Source of the DNA: a virus
Lineage: Duplodnaviria; Caudoviricetes
Reading direction: 5' to 3' (one strand)
DNA: 64,000 nucleotides
Virus record (IMG/VR): IMGVR_UViG_3300032138_000006
Coordinates: 29,325-93,324 of that record
The notes below the pieces were generated by a model. That model had not been told where the DNA came from. It did not search any database and saw nothing but the letters and a program-made list of their open reading frames with translations. The position numbers and the translations under genes are program-made. Positions 1-9,819 of the stretch are shown in pieces; position 1 is the stretch's first letter; each line of letters begins with the position of its first letter.

Positions 1-3
1 AAG

Positions 4-2868
4 GTGGAATTTGCCAACAGATTAAGAGCGGATATTATTGATGAGATAATGACGCCGCAGGGCTATGGTACCGTGAGAGCAGCTAGGTTGACAGAATTGT
101 TTTATGAAACATCCGGAGACACCAATATCTCTGGTGGTGGGGACACCGGCGCCACGGATACACGAATATGTACAATGAAGTTTGCAGCAGAGTCGCTGGC
201 TGCGTTGTCATATCGCCCCGACGTTAACAAGTCAGCATCTTTGTTTGACATGGTAATGTCTCCTACGGCAGACAAATCGTATGCAAATGGCTCTCTCAAG
301 GTTTCCAATAAAAACTTTTTTATGGTAAGGGTTGCGTTTGGCTATCGTGTCCCACAAGGCTATCGTGACGTTTTTGCTGCCGGTCAGCTTGAGGCAATTA
401 GAAAAGCCAAAACATATATGATCATGAACCAATCAAAGGTTCCCAAAATTTCTCTTAAGGAGGATGGTCAGGTCGAGGTTGAATTAAACTATCTGGCAAG
501 AGTTGAGGTCGACCCCTTTAAGGGAACTGGCTTATTCGACGACAACACCCCTCCCAGAGGCTCGATGAACAACACTATAACTGCCACCATGAATGAAAGG
601 AAGGAGAAGGAGGCAGGAAGGGCTGCGCAAGTTCAAAGGCAAATAGATGCCAAAACCGCAAGGAAGCGATATGCCGCATTGCTTACTGATATTTACAAGA
701 ACATGGATGAGAGTGACGTCAGCGATCTGTTTGGAGATGGCGTCCACGACGCGGTTGTGAAGGGATCTCAGGACGGCGGCGATCCCGAGGCGATTCTTGA
801 GCATGCCAATCACAGTGATATTATTGCATGGGGTGGCGAGGGCGATAGCCAGTTGGAAACCACTGTCGAAGACAATATGGAATATATAGGACCCGACAAC
901 CCCAACCCCGAAATGCACCCACAATCAGGGCTTAAGAAGCCGCAATGGTCTGTGAAAGAAGCCATGCAAAAGCTAAGGGATGCAAAATCACTTGCCGAAC
1001 AGTTCCAATCCACCACGGCAGAGGTTGCTCAAGGCGTAGCCGGAGACCGAATGGAGAAGTATTCTCGAACCATGAGGTGGTTATTGGCAAATAATAAAAT
1101 TTATAGCATGCTTATTCCAAAAGAGGCGCTGGGGATTGAAACCACGCCCGCAAAAGCCTTCTATGATCCGAACTCCCCCGGTGGCATCAGCACATCCTAC
1201 AACAAAATCAAGCGTACACGGCTTTCTCACTTAAGTGATGTCATGGCAACCGGCGGCGAAGAGGCACGCGCAAATCAGATTATTGGTGGCGGTACATCGT
1301 TAGATGAGAGGCAGGCGGAAAAGCACCTCCTCAACGCAGGATATTCACATGATGAGATCGACGAGATCCTCGATACCAAAGTGCACGCCCACGGGGTAGA
1401 CCGCATCACCTTCCACCAAGACTTCGTTGAAAAACATAAAAAACTGCACGAGAAGAAGCGAGCCGTCGAGAAGGAGTATGTTAATAACCAAGAGGGAGCT
1501 AACAAGAGAAAAGTCGATGTGGCGAACACCGAAGTGCAAAATACAGGCAGCAGCCATCAACAACAGGTTCAGAGCACCCAAGAAACAATCGCAAAGAACA
1601 CGGCGGCAAAGGCTAACGTATCATCTGAAGATGTCGAAAAGATAAAAAGCGACTTGGCAACCTCCATTAACGGCACAGGTGCCTCGACCGGGTTTGTTGA
1701 AATGGACGACGCCCAGAAGAATGTTAAAATACATTATACATATTTTGGCAACTTGATCGAAGCCGTGGTCCATCGCTTGGGTACCAGAATGGACGGATCC
1801 ATATCTAATCCCAAGTTGCTTTTAGGCGTACTTGATTATAGAGATCCGGACAACCTAAACGTTGTTAAAAGCGTGCCTTTGACCGATATCCCGATTTCAA
1901 TTAGCATGTATCGTTGGTGGCTTATGAAGTTCATGGTGGATCCGATGATTGACTATTCTACCATCGATCAGTTTATCGACAGCATAGTTAAAGATCTCTT
2001 ATACCAGATCATGGGCGGCGACGCAAATGGGTGCTTTACTGGCACTGGGGTTGTTAGCGCGACAGGACAACAGGGCGTGATGACCCGCGGGATTGAGGCA
2101 CTTGGCGCACAAGGCGGCATCAATCGGCTCGCAAAATTTGATGGCGGTCGTTTTGGCACTGAATCGCTTAATGAAATTGTGCCACCCGATCCGGATTATT
2201 CATTCGACGCAGAAAAAAAGACTTACCATTATATTGTAATGAGTGCTTTGTTTTTTACGGAAGATAATATAAAGGTTGGAAATGTTAGAGCGAGAACTCC
2301 CGAGACCGACGAGGCACAGGGAAAATATTGGGTTTCGGTGCGTTCTGACAAGGGTCCGGTGCACTCCGTATCATTTGAGGAAATGGACACAAAAGACGAT
2401 GACGTCGCCCGCGCCGCAAACGATGAAGTCGCTGCTCGCTATGGAATCGGAGGAGGCTTATTTACTCTATATAAAGTCAATGTTAAGATGATGGGCAATG
2501 GTCTTTTTAAACTTGGTTCAGACTTTTTCTTGAACACTGGCACGATTGGAGATCTCCCTTCCGAAGAACTTGCGGAAGCACTGGGGTTTGGTGGAGACTA
2601 TCAGGTTAACAAAATTACGGGAACTATCAACGAGGCTGGCTGGGTGACAGAAATACAGGGATATCCGAAAGCCAGAACAAAGGAACAAACAAGGCGCTTT
2701 GAGGCTTTCATTAAGAAACAAACGGCAGAGCAGGGCTTGTGGAGCAAGGACGTGAGGGGCTTGGATGAAATGGATCCCTCCGAGATCACGACCCCGGACA
2801 ACCCAAATCTTACTCGACCAAACCATAGGTTCGGGAGAGGCGTAAAGAAGAGCACCCGCTATTTCTAG
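4..2868 (+). CDS. Large virion structural protein, possibly baseplate-hub-like; 5' end probably outside the window
   Basis: 954 aa ORF open from the window edge. C-terminal beta-rich pattern YKVNVKMMGN...LGFGGDYQVNKITGTINEAGWVTEIQG resembles hub/gp27-like C-termini. Confidence 0.45.
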   Translation: MEFANRLRADIIDEIMTPQGYGTVRAARLTELFYETSGDTNISGGGDTGATDTRICTMKFAAESLAALSYRPDVNKSASLFDMVMSPTADKSYANGSLKVSNKNFFMVRVAFGYRVPQGYRDVFAAGQLEAIRKAKTYMIMNQSKVPKISLKEDGQVEVELNYLARVEVDPFKGTGLFDDNTPPRGSMNNTITATMNERKEKEAGRAAQVQRQIDAKTARKRYAALLTDIYKNMDESDVSDLFGDGVHDAVVKGSQDGGDPEAILEHANHSDIIAWGGEGDSQLETTVEDNMEYIGPDNPNPEMHPQSGLKKPQWSVKEAMQKLRDAKSLAEQFQSTTAEVAQGVAGDRMEKYSRTMRWLLANNKIYSMLIPKEALGIETTPAKAFYDPNSPGGISTSYNKIKRTRLSHLSDVMATGGEEARANQIIGGGTSLDERQAEKHLLNAGYSHDEIDEILDTKVHAHGVDRITFHQDFVEKHKKLHEKKRAVEKEYVNNQEGANKRKVDVANTEVQNTGSSHQQQVQSTQETIAKNTAAKANVSSEDVEKIKSDLATSINGTGASTGFVEMDDAQKNVKIHYTYFGNLIEAVVHRLGTRMDGSISNPKLLLGVLDYRDPDNLNVVKSVPLTDIPISISMYRWWLMKFMVDPMIDYSTIDQFIDSIVKDLLYQIMGGDANGCFTGTGVVSATGQQGVMTRGIEALGAQGGINRLAKFDGGRFGTESLNEIVPPDPDYSFDAEKKTYHYIVMSALFFTEDNIKVGNVRARTPETDEAQGKYWVSVRSDKGPVHSVSFEEMDTKDDDVARAANDEVAARYGIGGGLFTLYKVNVKMMGNGLFKLGSDFFLNTGTIGDLPSEELAEALGFGGDYQVNKITGTINEAGWVTEIQGYPKARTKEQTRRFEAFIKKQTAEQGLWSKDVRGLDEMDPSEITTPDNPNLTRPNHRFGRGVKKSTRYF

Positions 2869-2881
2869 ATAAGGAGGATCT

Positions 2882-4138
2882 ATGGCTTTTGAACACTTAA
2901 CATATTTTGCTTTGGCTTCTAACGGCATGGATGCTCGCATGGCGTTTGAATACCGTCGTTTCTGGAAGGAGCACATGAAGGAAGACAACGCACCACTCAA
3001 CCAGACTGCTGATTTGTGGTACGACAAGAACCTTCATGGAAAATTGAACCACGATGGGGACATTGTTCACCTTTCTGAGACAAATCTGAAAACTTATAAG
3101 TCCATTTCTGGGGACTTGGTAGAGGGCGTTGATTTTGTTGTCGACGCTTTCACCGACCTGCAAAAACATTTTTTATCTGCACGCGCCACGAGCATGTTGA
3201 ATACAAATTCGGGCAAAGAAGATATTGTTAATATGCAGGCTCATTTTGGTTGGACCAGTGTGCACACAGCCTACAACTCATATTTAAAAGACATGTATAA
3301 TGTGCTGGTTTCTGACTGGTTTTCGAAAAACATTACTGGGCGCTGCTTGCAGACGAGATCTCATACGATAAGGGATTTGCCGTCATACACAAAGGCTGTT
3401 TTGGAGTTGCTGATTGAGAATAATGGGAGAGCGTTCTTAAGCAAGAGTGCTTTCATTTGTTCTAATTTTCTTTCCCCCATGGCTAGCGGTCTTTGCATTG
3501 AGATAACAAAGCGCGGACAGCATCACAGCGATCCGGATAAGAGTACATGGATTAACGATCCAAACTTTCAATTTTATAAAAGTTCCGCACAGAATCATGG
3601 CTTCATGCTTGACGGCAATGCCCCATGGAGATTAATAGCAGATATCAACCATCCCGTCATGCAGACCTATATGGAGACCTATGGCGTCACCGCAGAGAAC
3701 CTTTTTCAAAAGTATTATTATCAAACCTTTAGGTATGATATCGATGAACTCAAGGATTGGTTTGCAGGGTCTTATCACGCATATGCTCAGGCATACCCCG
3801 TGTTTGCTTTGCCTCAAACCACAACTGTGGCAGGGCTCCCGGTGACCAGACCCAGACTCGTTTCCCGATGGAAAGCGCACGAGCCCTCCGACAAAAGCAT
3901 TACTTCAAAAGAGATCTCTGACTTTTACGTGGCGCCACAGGGAGATGAATATTGGCTGGAGCTTTATTACTTTATTCGTCTCAGAGAGCTTGGCGTTCCG
4001 CTAGAACCAACAAAGTTTAATCGCACGGTTAAAAAAATAATTCAAGTTTATAAGCATTTTGGACTTGACAAAGCTCAGGAATATGTTAGTATGTTAATTA
4101 AGAATACTAGAACAGAATTTTTGAGCAAACGTCGTTGA
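2882..4138 (+). CDS. Hypothetical phage protein
   Basis: 418 aa ORF with strong RBS (AAGGAGG), coupled to the next gene. Confidence 0.6.
   Translation: MAFEHLTYFALASNGMDARMAFEYRRFWKEHMKEDNAPLNQTADLWYDKNLHGKLNHDGDIVHLSETNLKTYKSISGDLVEGVDFVVDAFTDLQKHFLSARATSMLNTNSGKEDIVNMQAHFGWTSVHTAYNSYLKDMYNVLVSDWFSKNITGRCLQTRSHTIRDLPSYTKAVLELLIENNGRAFLSKSAFICSNFLSPMASGLCIEITKRGQHHSDPDKSTWINDPNFQFYKSSAQNHGFMLDGNAPWRLIADINHPVMQTYMETYGVTAENLFQKYYYQTFRYDIDELKDWFAGSYHAYAQAYPVFALPQTTTVAGLPVTRPRLVSRWKAHEPSDKSITSKEISDFYVAPQGDEYWLELYYFIRLRELGVPLEPTKFNRTVKKIIQVYKHFGLDKAQEYVSMLIKNTRTEFLSKRR
4065..4092 (+). promoter_or_regulatory. Sigma70-type promoter upstream of the polA-like gene
   Basis: TTGACA-16-TAGTAT with an extended TG. 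Confidence 0.5.
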
Positions 4139-5322
4139 TTTTTCAAATATTAGATACAAAAAAAGAATGTGCTGGAATATACGCTTCGGGTGAGATTATC
4201 CGAGATTGCACGCCAGACGGCTTAACTGCAACTTGGAAGTACACAACACACTTTGATTTGCCTGTCAAGTATGCCAGCTTATATTGTGCTGGTAAGTCTA
4301 TCGGTGAGGCATGCCCTCCTGAAAAAATGGAGAGTTGGCAGGCATTGAATGGAAAGCTTCAAAATTGTCTTAATGCCTGCAACGTCGCCAAGGTAGATCT
4401 AGAACAAAATTGTTTTTACGATCTGGTACCGCAGAAATTCTTGCTGGAATACTGCGAGCTTCGGAATCAAATTACCGAACATGTTATCAACAACTATGAA
4501 AAGCCACAAAATTATGATTTTTTGCTTGACTTGGTGCGGATGTTGGCACACATTAAAGAACAGCCTTTAAACATTGATCCGTCTTTTCTTAGCGAATACA
4601 TGGCGCTCCCTCGCGCTCGCATGCTTTATAAAAAACTCATCAAGAAAGACACACATCGTGTTGACTATCTCCCATTCAAATCAAAGACCGGGCGACTTAC
4701 AACGAGCAAGAGTAGCTTCCCCATATTAACCTTGGATAAAGTTTTTCGCCCTGTAATAAAGCCCACCAACGATTATTTTGTGGAACTTGATTTTAATGCC
4801 GCAGAGCTTCGCACCCTTCTTGCTCTTTCTGGAAAGGAGCAGCCGAGCATCGATATTCACGATTGGAATGTTGAGAATGTTTATCGGGGTCTGCTAACAA
4901 GGGACGAAGCTAAAAAAAGAATATTTGCTTGGTTGTATAATCCGGCTTCAAAAGACTATCTTTCTGGGAGAGCTTATGACCGCGACGAAATTTTAAAGAA
5001 ACATTTTGATGGCAACAGAGTAACAACTGTTTTTGGCAGGAATATTCCCGCCGATAACCATCACGCATTAAATTATATTATTCAAAGCACAACAAGCGAT
5101 TTGCTCTTAAAAAGGGCAATCGAAACTGGTAAAATACTACATAACCGTAAATCCACTGTGGCTTTTTTGCTGCATGATTCGCTGGTTATTGACTTTGCCA
5201 AGAGTGACACCAGCTTGCTGGACGAGATTGTGGAAACATTTGGCAATACGGATCTTGGGCGGTATGTCACGAACATTTCAGTTGGCAAAAACTTTGGGGC
5301 GATGAAGAGGTATAATAAATGA
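4135..5322 (+). CDS. Compact family A DNA polymerase-like protein (polymerase domain only)
   Basis: KTGRL; motif A LDFNAAELR; motif B RDEAKKRIFAWLY; NYIIQST; motif C LLHDSL. Confidence 0.8.
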   Translation: MIFQILDTKKECAGIYASGEIIRDCTPDGLTATWKYTTHFDLPVKYASLYCAGKSIGEACPPEKMESWQALNGKLQNCLNACNVAKVDLEQNCFYDLVPQKFLLEYCELRNQITEHVINNYEKPQNYDFLLDLVRMLAHIKEQPLNIDPSFLSEYMALPRARMLYKKLIKKDTHRVDYLPFKSKTGRLTTSKSSFPILTLDKVFRPVIKPTNDYFVELDFNAAELRTLLALSGKEQPSIDIHDWNVENVYRGLLTRDEAKKRIFAWLYNPASKDYLSGRAYDRDEILKKHFDGNRVTTVFGRNIPADNHHALNYIIQSTTSDLLLKRAIETGKILHNRKSTVAFLLHDSLVIDFAKSDTSLLDEIVETFGNTDLGRYVTNISVGKNFGAMKRYNK

Positions 5323-6152
5323 GCAGTGTTATTGGATTGGGAGAGGTTGGGTCCGCTGTTGCCAATGAATTTAAAAAATATCCTCCGTATACTGTTTATA
5401 CCATCACAGTGGGGGACAAGAGGACTTATGGCAAAAAAACGTATATTAAGAAGCAGAAGACTGCGGAAAAATATGAAGAGAAGTGTCCTTCGCTTAAAAA
5501 CTTTTTAAAAAATGTGAAGGGAGACGTTTTATTTATTGTCGACGGAGCAGAACTTGCCTCGGCAGCATCTTTAAGGATTTTATCACACATAAAACAGTGT
5601 AACATTACTATTCTCTATGTCAAGTCTGAAACAAAATTTCTTTCAGCAGAAGAAAAAATGAATGAAGCAACTGTTCGAGGCGTCTTACAAGAGTATGCGA
5701 GATCCGCTGTGTTTGAAAAAATAATATTAGTCGATGTTCCCATCATTGCAAATACGCTTTCTGGTTTAACTGTAAAAAATTATCATTCTAAAATTAGAGA
5801 ATCGCTGGCTTCAACTCTTCACATGGTGGAGGTGTTTTCTCGCTCGAAGCCTGCCTTGGGTAGCGAAAAGGCACCACACCCAGCCGCTCGATTGGTGACT
5901 GTTGGGCATATGGACATGAAAACGGGAAAAGAAAATTTGTTTTTTCCGCTTGACTATCCGCGAGAAAGGTGTTATTATTATGCTATTAACGAAGACAAAC
6001 TGGAGAATGATTCTAGTTTACTGGACAAAATTAATGAGCAGGTCTCAGCGGCAGCACATGACAACATGGATGTATCTTATGGGATATACTCAACTCAATA
6101 TGAGAAAGACTATGTGTATGTTGTGTCTCGCAGTTCGGCAATACAAAATTAA
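5319..6152 (+). CDS. Divergent tubulin/FtsZ-like protein
   Basis: N-terminal VIGLGEVGSAVA as in FtsZ/tubulin; size and layout fit; GGGTGSG signature replaced by DGAELASAA. Confidence 0.55.
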   Translation: MSSVIGLGEVGSAVANEFKKYPPYTVYTITVGDKRTYGKKTYIKKQKTAEKYEEKCPSLKNFLKNVKGDVLFIVDGAELASAASLRILSHIKQCNITILYVKSETKFLSAEEKMNEATVRGVLQEYARSAVFEKIILVDVPIIANTLSGLTVKNYHSKIRESLASTLHMVEVFSRSKPALGSEKAPHPAARLVTVGHMDMKTGKENLFFPLDYPRERCYYYAINEDKLENDSSLLDKINEQVSAAAHDNMDVSYGIYSTQYEKDYVYVVSRSSAIQN

Positions 6153-6160
6153 AAAAGTGC

Positions 6161-6189
6161 TTGACAAAAGAAATATACTGTGCTACAGT
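6161..6189 (+). promoter_or_regulatory. Sigma70-type promoter
   Basis: TTGACA-17-TACAGT with extended TG and an upstream A-tract. Confidence 0.75.
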
Positions 6190-6247
6190 GTAAACTAGAA
6201 ACTTGGAAGATTAGCTGAGTTTACTTTAACAACTAGGAGAAAAGCCA

Positions 6248-7021
6248 ATGGCTATTGATTTGAAGAAAATGCAGGAGAGAAAGTTCGCCCTCGATAATCG
6301 AGGTGGTTCAAGATCTCAAAAGAACGGGTTTTGGAAGCCACAGGATGGCGAGCAGACCATCCGAATTATTCCGACTGCGGATGGAGATCCGTTCAAGGAT
6401 TATTGGTTCCACTATAATGTGGGCAAGAACTCTGGGTTTATGTGTCCGAAGAAGAACTACGGGGAGGACTGTCCTGTCTGCGATTTCGCAAGCCAGCTTT
6501 GGCGAGAGGACAACGAAGGAAGCAAGAAGATGGCAAAGTCCCTTTTTGCACGCCAGCGTTTCTTCTCTCCTGTAATGGTTCGTGGGGAAGAGGCGCAAGG
6601 AGTGCGTGTCTGGGGCTACGGCAAGATGGCGTACGAAACGCTTCTTAATTTGGTACTCAATCCAGAGTATGGAGATATTACCGACACTGAGGCTGGTACA
6701 GACTTGGTTATGGTATACGGTAAGCCTCCGGGCGGTCAGTTCCCGCTGACAAAGCTCACCCCTAAGCGCTCAACTTCACAGTTCTGTGAGGATGTTACGC
6801 CGGAGCGATGCAAAGAGCTTCTGGATGGTATTCCAAACTTCGAAGACCTGTTTGATCGCAAGACTTCAGCAGAGGTGAAAGCCCTTTTGGATGAGTTCTT
6901 GCTTTCTGACGAGGATGCCGAATCAGCCTCAACAGAGACTGTTAAGTATGCCTCGTCAAACAAGACAACTTCAGAGGCAAATTCTGTTTCTGATGCGTTT
7001 GATGAATTGTTGGGCAGTTAG
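6248..7021 (+). CDS. Single-stranded DNA-binding protein, T4 gp32-like
   Basis: FWKP..G...IRIIP, His/Cys zinc site (H..C..CPVC), VWGYGK, DITD..GTD, acidic tail DAFDELLGS. Confidence 0.85.
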   Translation: MAIDLKKMQERKFALDNRGGSRSQKNGFWKPQDGEQTIRIIPTADGDPFKDYWFHYNVGKNSGFMCPKKNYGEDCPVCDFASQLWREDNEGSKKMAKSLFARQRFFSPVMVRGEEAQGVRVWGYGKMAYETLLNLVLNPEYGDITDTEAGTDLVMVYGKPPGGQFPLTKLTPKRSTSQFCEDVTPERCKELLDGIPNFEDLFDRKTSAEVKALLDEFLLSDEDAESASTETVKYASSNKTTSEANSVSDAFDELLGS

Positions 7022-7027
7022 TCCATT

Positions 7028-7060
7028 CCCACAGGGAGGCACAGGGTTATCAGGTGTCTT
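7028..7060 (+). repeat. 33 nt intergenic structured element, copy 1
   Basis: CCCACAGGGAGGCACAGGGTTATCAGGTGTCTT; 30/33 identical to 7533-7565. Confidence 0.85.
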
Positions 7061-7089
7061 GTTATTTTACTATAAAAAGGATTTAAACC

Positions 7090-7515
7090 ATGAGTAAAGC
7101 AGAAAACGGACAGAGCGTTAAGGTGCATTACAAGGGTACTCTGAGCGATGGCACGATATTTGACAGTTCGCGTGATCGAGGAGAAACCTTGGATTTTGAG
7201 TTAGGGGGAGGCGATCTTCTTCCTGATTTTGAGGGTGCTGTTATCGGAATGGAGGTAGGCGAGGTGAAGTCGTTTACTATTGCGGAGGGTTATGGCGCTC
7301 ATCAACAAGATGCAGTGGTGCCAGTGCCAAGAGCAGCCTTTCCGGAAGATTTTGAGTTTACCATCGGGCAGACTGTTGGGGGTACTAGTGCCTCTGGTCA
7401 GCCCATCCGGGCAGTTGTTACAGAGGTTGGCGACGAACAAGTCACCTTGGACCACAACCACCCCTTGGCGGGTAAAGACCTCAATTTTGAAGTCGAGCTT
7501 GTAGAAGTTTCTTAA
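7090..7515 (+). CDS. slyD: FKBP-type peptidyl-prolyl isomerase (SlyD/SlpA family)
   Basis: VKVHYKGTLSDGTIFDSS and LDHNHPLAGKDLNFEVELVEV. Confidence 0.9.
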   Translation: MSKAENGQSVKVHYKGTLSDGTIFDSSRDRGETLDFELGGGDLLPDFEGAVIGMEVGEVKSFTIAEGYGAHQQDAVVPVPRAAFPEDFEFTIGQTVGGTSASGQPIRAVVTEVGDEQVTLDHNHPLAGKDLNFEVELVEVS

Positions 7516-7532
7516 GAACAACTCCTTCGATC

Positions 7533-7565
7533 CCCACAGGAAGGCACAGGGCTATCAGGTGCCTT
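7533..7565 (+). repeat. 33 nt intergenic structured element, copy 2
   Basis: CCCACAGGAAGGCACAGGGCTATCAGGTGCCTT. Confidence 0.85.
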
Positions 7566-7591
7566 AATTTATATTAATGGGAGACAGAGAC

Positions 7592-8725
7592 ATGGCAAGA
7601 CCAAAATCAGGAAAAACAAAAGTCGGCAAGTTGAGCATTGCCGATATGCGAGCGTTAATTAATAAGAAGGCTGGTATCAATGTGGCTCACAATCTCGCAG
7701 AGGATAACCCGACAGAGGTCAATGATTGGATCCCAACCGGCTCTCGCTGGCTAGATAGTATTATTTGTCGTGGGCAGTTGGCGGGGATCCCGGTTGGAAA
7801 AATCTCTGAGATCGCTGGATTGGAATCCACGGGTAAGTCTTTTTTGGCAGCACAGGTCGCAGCCAACGCTCAGAAGAAGGGCATCGATGTAATTTATTTT
7901 GATTCCGAATCAGCCATCGATCCAGAGTTTCTGGCACGCGGAGGTTGTGATGTTGATCGCGTACTATATGTACAGGCTCAATCAGTAGAGTTTGTTTTGG
8001 AGACCATTGAAGATCTCTTGGAGACAAATGAAAACCGAATGCTTTTTATTTGGGATTCATTGGCACTCACTCCATCTACAACAGATGTTGAGGGGGACTT
8101 CAACCCCTTGTCTTCCATGGCAGTAAAGCCGAGGATTTTATCAAAGGGGATGTCAAAGCTCACTGTGCCGATTGCGAACAGCCAATCAACATTTCTGGTT
8201 CTTAATCAGCTTAAGACTAATATCACTAGCAATATTGCAGAAGCTATGACGACGCCATACTTCACCCCCGGTGGAAAGGCGATGCACTATGCGTATTCGC
8301 TCCGCATCTGGCTTACAGGGCGCAAGGCTAAGAATGCATTTGTTATGGATGATCGTGGTTTCCGCATTGGTTCAGAGGTCAAAGCTAAGATTCAGAAATC
8401 TCGCTTTGGAACACAAGGTCGCCAGAGTGCATTTAAAATTCTTTGGGGTGAAGAGGTTGGAGTTCAAGACGAGGAAAGTTGGCTGGACGCAATCAAGGGC
8501 TCTGATAATTTAAAGAATGCCGGTGCTTGGTTCCAGTTGGTATATGAAGATGGCTCGGTTGATAAATTTCAAACGGCTCATTGGATGGACAAGCTACAAG
8601 ATGAGAAATTTAAAAGCCGAGTGTTACAAATTATGGATGAAGAGGTTATCCTAAAGTTTGATAAGCGACTGGGCGAAGCGTCAGATTTTTATGGCGACGA
8701 TGAGGAGACGGAAGATGAAAAATAA
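7592..8725 (+). CDS. recA: RecA/UvsX-like recombinase
   Basis: IPTGS..LD, Walker A GLESTGKS, YFDSESA, IWDSLA, LNQLK, TPGGKA. Start placed after a GGAG RBS. Confidence 0.9.
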   Translation: MARPKSGKTKVGKLSIADMRALINKKAGINVAHNLAEDNPTEVNDWIPTGSRWLDSIICRGQLAGIPVGKISEIAGLESTGKSFLAAQVAANAQKKGIDVIYFDSESAIDPEFLARGGCDVDRVLYVQAQSVEFVLETIEDLLETNENRMLFIWDSLALTPSTTDVEGDFNPLSSMAVKPRILSKGMSKLTVPIANSQSTFLVLNQLKTNITSNIAEAMTTPYFTPGGKAMHYAYSLRIWLTGRKAKNAFVMDDRGFRIGSEVKAKIQKSRFGTQGRQSAFKILWGEEVGVQDEESWLDAIKGSDNLKNAGAWFQLVYEDGSVDKFQTAHWMDKLQDEKFKSRVLQIMDEEVILKFDKRLGEASDFYGDDEETEDEK

Positions 8726-9371
8726 ATTAATTTTTGGTGGAACAACATTGGCTTTTTTGCTTTTGATGGCAATTACCAATAAGACAGCACACGCTAGCTC
8801 TTGTGAATCCCGCCCCGAGCCTCTTCGATGGAACGTCGGCTCAGCCGAATATATTGCTTCATGGCATGTTGGTGAGGCTCCAAGAATATATTTTAATGTA
8901 GGACCGTTTGATCACAGAAGGTCGATTATTGTTGCAGAGTTTGACGTGCGCTTTAATGTGTGGTTGTTTCATAGCTACGTCGACGACGGCTTCATCAAGG
9001 ATGTGCATCGTCACTGGCGCCGTCACCGCCGGCACTACCGACGGTGTATGGGATATTCCGCAGAATACTATTATAAGCCATATTATCCTCATTATAATTA
9101 TAGATGGTTTAAGCGCCAGCATCGGTATAGAAAATACGCACGCCCACATGCCCACGGAAACCTTTATCACCCCCATGTCTCACCGCCCTACAGCTACGGG
9201 CACCACCACAATGTAATGCCGCAGCAGAATCAGAAGCCTAGACGAAAGCTGTCCCCTCACCGCCGGCATCAAAATAATAGCTCGGCGAATGCACAGCCAA
9301 ATCATCAAAAGCCGAAGCGGCATCATCAAAAGCGAAAGAAGCGGCGCAACAAAAGACAGCACCGCCGCTAA
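8715..9371 (+). CDS. Exported His/Arg/Tyr-rich protein
   Basis: Signal peptide ending AHA; low-complexity basic C-terminal half. Confidence 0.55.
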   Translation: MKNKLIFGGTTLAFLLLMAITNKTAHASSCESRPEPLRWNVGSAEYIASWHVGEAPRIYFNVGPFDHRRSIIVAEFDVRFNVWLFHSYVDDGFIKDVHRHWRRHRRHYRRCMGYSAEYYYKPYYPHYNYRWFKRQHRYRKYARPHAHGNLYHPHVSPPYSYGHHHNVMPQQNQKPRRKLSPHRRHQNNSSANAQPNHQKPKRHHQKRKKRRNKRQHRR

Positions 9372-9378
9372 AAAGTGC

Positions 9379-9407
9379 TTGACTTTTCCTGTTGCCTACT
9401 GTATAGT
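9379..9407 (+). promoter_or_regulatory. Sigma70-type promoter, likely leaderless transcript
   Basis: TTGACT-17-TATAGT; ATG at 9415. Confidence 0.7.
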
Positions 9408-9414
9408 GTTAAAC

Positions 9415-9819
9415 ATGAACATCAACGAACTCGGCGGAAGAAAACGCCGCTATGTAGATTTGGCAAGACGCATCGCACAACAAAGTACATATGGTAATGT
9501 AAAGCACGGAGCAGTTCTAATCAAAGGAGGCTCCGTGCTTAATGTTGCGTGTAACAAAGAGAATCATTGTGGCTTTGGCAATCGCTTTCGAGAGCGTAGC
9601 ACGGGTCACGCAACGTTGCACGCGGAGTTGGGATGCGTGTTAAACCTTGACCGCAGCGTAACGAACGGAGCGGAGGTATTTGTTGTGCGTGTCAATAGAA
9701 AGGGCGAATACAGGATGTCAAAACCCTGCCCAATGTGTCAATCTGCCCTTGAACATGTGGGCATAAATAAGGTATACTATTCCACAAGCGACAACACCTT
9801 GGAGACTATGAGACTATGA
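9415..9819 (+). CDS. Zn-dependent cytidine/dCMP deaminase family protein
   Basis: HGAVL, HAE and SKPCPMC motifs. Confidence 0.85.
   Translation: MNINELGGRKRRYVDLARRIAQQSTYGNVKHGAVLIKGGSVLNVACNKENHCGFGNRFRERSTGHATLHAELGCVLNLDRSVTNGAEVFVVRVNRKGEYRMSKPCPMCQSALEHVGINKVYYSTSDNTLETMRL

Noticed and set aside
5319-6152. Evidence for a nucleus-forming phage
   Set aside because: A divergent tubulin-like gene is insufficient. No chimallin or multisubunit RNAP is recognisable here, and host-type promoters dominate.
7028-7565. CRISPR array or c-di-GMP-I riboswitch (GCACAGGG)
   Set aside because: Only two copies, separated by a whole gene, with no cas genes; the riboswitch P2/P3 elements are absent.
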